A DNA stretch of 64,000 bases, from assembly GCA_964106915.2 (NCBI GenBank), contig OZ066919.1, one strand, 5' to 3'. Below the pieces are notes generated by a model. The model made no database searches and had not been told where the DNA came from. It saw only the letters and a program-made list of their open reading frames with translations. Source of the stretch: Podarcis gaigeae (taxonomy: Eukaryota). The position numbers and the translations under genes were made by a program. Of the stretch, positions 62,445 to 64,000 are shown piece by piece (positions within the stretch are counted from its first letter, which is position 1; each line of letters begins with the position of its first letter).

Positions 62445-63136
62445 CAGGGGTCAGCAACCGTTTTTCAGCCATGGGCTGGTCCACCGTCCCTCAGACCATG
62501 TGGTGGGCCGGACTATATTTTGAAGATAAAAATGAACAAATTCCTATGCCCCACAAATAACCCAGAGATGCACTTTAAATAAAAGGACACATTCTACTCA
62601 TGTAAAAACACACTAGGGACGCGGGTGGCGCTGTGGGATAAACCACAGAGCCCAGGACTTGCTGATCAGAAGGTCGGCGGTTCAAATCCCCACGACGGGG
62701 TGAGCTCCCGTTCCTCAGTCCCTGCTCCTGCCAACCTAGCAGTTTGAAATCACGTCAAAGTGCTAGTAGATAAATAGGAACCGCTCTGGTGGGAAGGTAA
62801 ACGGTGTTTCCGTGCGCTGCTATGGTTTGCCAGAAGCGGCTTAGTCATGCTGGCCACATGACTTAGAAGCTGTACACCGGTGCCCTCAGCCAGTAAAGCA
62901 AGATGAGCGCCGCAACCCCAGAGTCGTTAGCAACTGTCTGCGGACAAACGCCAGCTCCCTCGGCCCATAGAGCGAGATGAGCGCCGCAACCCCAGAGTTG
63001 GTCATGACTGGACCTAATGGTCAGGGGTCCCTTTACCTTTACTTTAAAAACACACTGATTTCCAGACCATCCGAGGGCCGGATTGAGAAGGCGATTGGGC
63101 CGCATCTGGCCCACGGGCCTCAGGTTGCCTACCCCG
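62445..63136 (+). mobile_element. hAT MITE interrupted by a Sauria SINE
   Basis: CAGGGGTCAGCAAC...GTTGCCTACCCCG; TSD TGCTAAAG/AGCTAAAG. Confidence 0.85.
62615..63044 (+). mobile_element. Sauria SINE with internal duplicated/chimeric 3' segment, inserted in a hAT MITE
   Basis: TSD TAAAAACACACT at 62603-62614 and 63045-63056. It carries two copies of gatgagcgccgcaaccccagag. Confidence 0.92.
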
Positions 63137-64000
63137 AGCTAAAGCTTTGGCACCTGTCTGAGAGTACCAACCCCTGAGGTCTTTCCTGGATGTGCCATGG
63201 ATTCCATCTGATATACAAAGTACTTTATCCCTAAGCCATGGATAGTAGCCAATGAGGTGCATTCCAGATGTTTTGGACTTCAACTCCCATCAGCCCCAGC
63301 CAATACTGTCAATGGCCAGCTGTTGGTAGATGTAGTCCACAACACCAGGAGGCAACACATTGGCTATTCCTACCCTAAAAGCTGTGATATCTCCATAAAC
63401 CCTAAAGAGCTAATGGCAACCCTTATATCTATAAAGATTGATAACAATTTTTAAAAAACAAAATTATCATCTCTGGGTGTCACTTTCTGCGCAGATTTTA
63501 AAACAAACCATGCAAATCCTCTAAGTGCTGATTCAGAAAAGTTTCCTGAAATGATGGTCCATCATTACACAAATGCATCATTAGAGAAACAAATCTTTTA
63601 AGGCTATTAAATTGATGTATTACTGTCAATCATCAAAGTGGTGTTGCTACAATGATGCGAGAATAGTAAGTAACAGTAATGCCAGCATAAAGCTGTCCAT
63701 TTCCAGAGAACATTCTCTATCTTGTAATAAATCAAAAATTTTATAGTAAACTGCACTGCAGTTTCCCTTTAATACTAAGTGGCAATCCTCAAACAGCACT
63801 TTATTGAAAAAGTATATTTTTATGTTCTATTCAGAGATAAAATGACTCATAGGGACTATTTATATTTTTCCTAGAAGCACAGTGTCCAGTTCACTGCTGT
63901 TTCAAAATTGCTAGTTTTGAGGCTAGTGTACATATTGGTTTTAAAACTGAAAAAGCCAGGTTTAATTCCCTACCACCACTCTCAAAGTTATATTAACTTT

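Noticed and set aside
1-64000. CRISPR array, operon or prokaryotic defence-type system
   Set aside because: The sequence is vertebrate intronic DNA with no regularly spaced repeats. The only long ORFs are from retrotransposons.

Overview
This is eukaryotic genomic DNA, almost certainly from a lacertid-type squamate: it carries Sauria/POM-type SINEs, Bov-B, and squamate-type hAT and Tc1/mariner MITEs. The window lies inside the IgLON cell-adhesion gene NEGR1 on the minus strand. Three coding exons are present: 55156-55287 (132 nt), 16401-16521 (121 nt) and 11195-11346 (152 nt). They have canonical GT-AG sites, splice in frame, and match the sizes I recall for human NEGR1 exons 4-6. The other exons are outside the window. 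The remaining ~63.6 kb is intron filled with transposons, and almost all short ORFs in the track are spurious. Highlights: (1) a 5.1 kb L1-clade LINE with intact ORF1 and ORF2, a poly(A) tail and a perfect 14-bp TSD, antisense in the large intron; (2) a 158-bp Penelope-like insertion carrying a minimal hammerhead-ribozyme motif in the NEGR1 pre-mRNA sense, ~170 nt upstream of the exon-5 acceptor; (3) a chimeric Sauria SINE containing a 99-bp exact copy of its neighbour; (4) several nested insertions with readable TSDs; (5) a solo LTR; (6) 5S-rRNA-derived SINE fragments. There is one 173-N assembly gap. I see no prokaryote-style multi-gene system. Family names come from motif recognition, not database searches.
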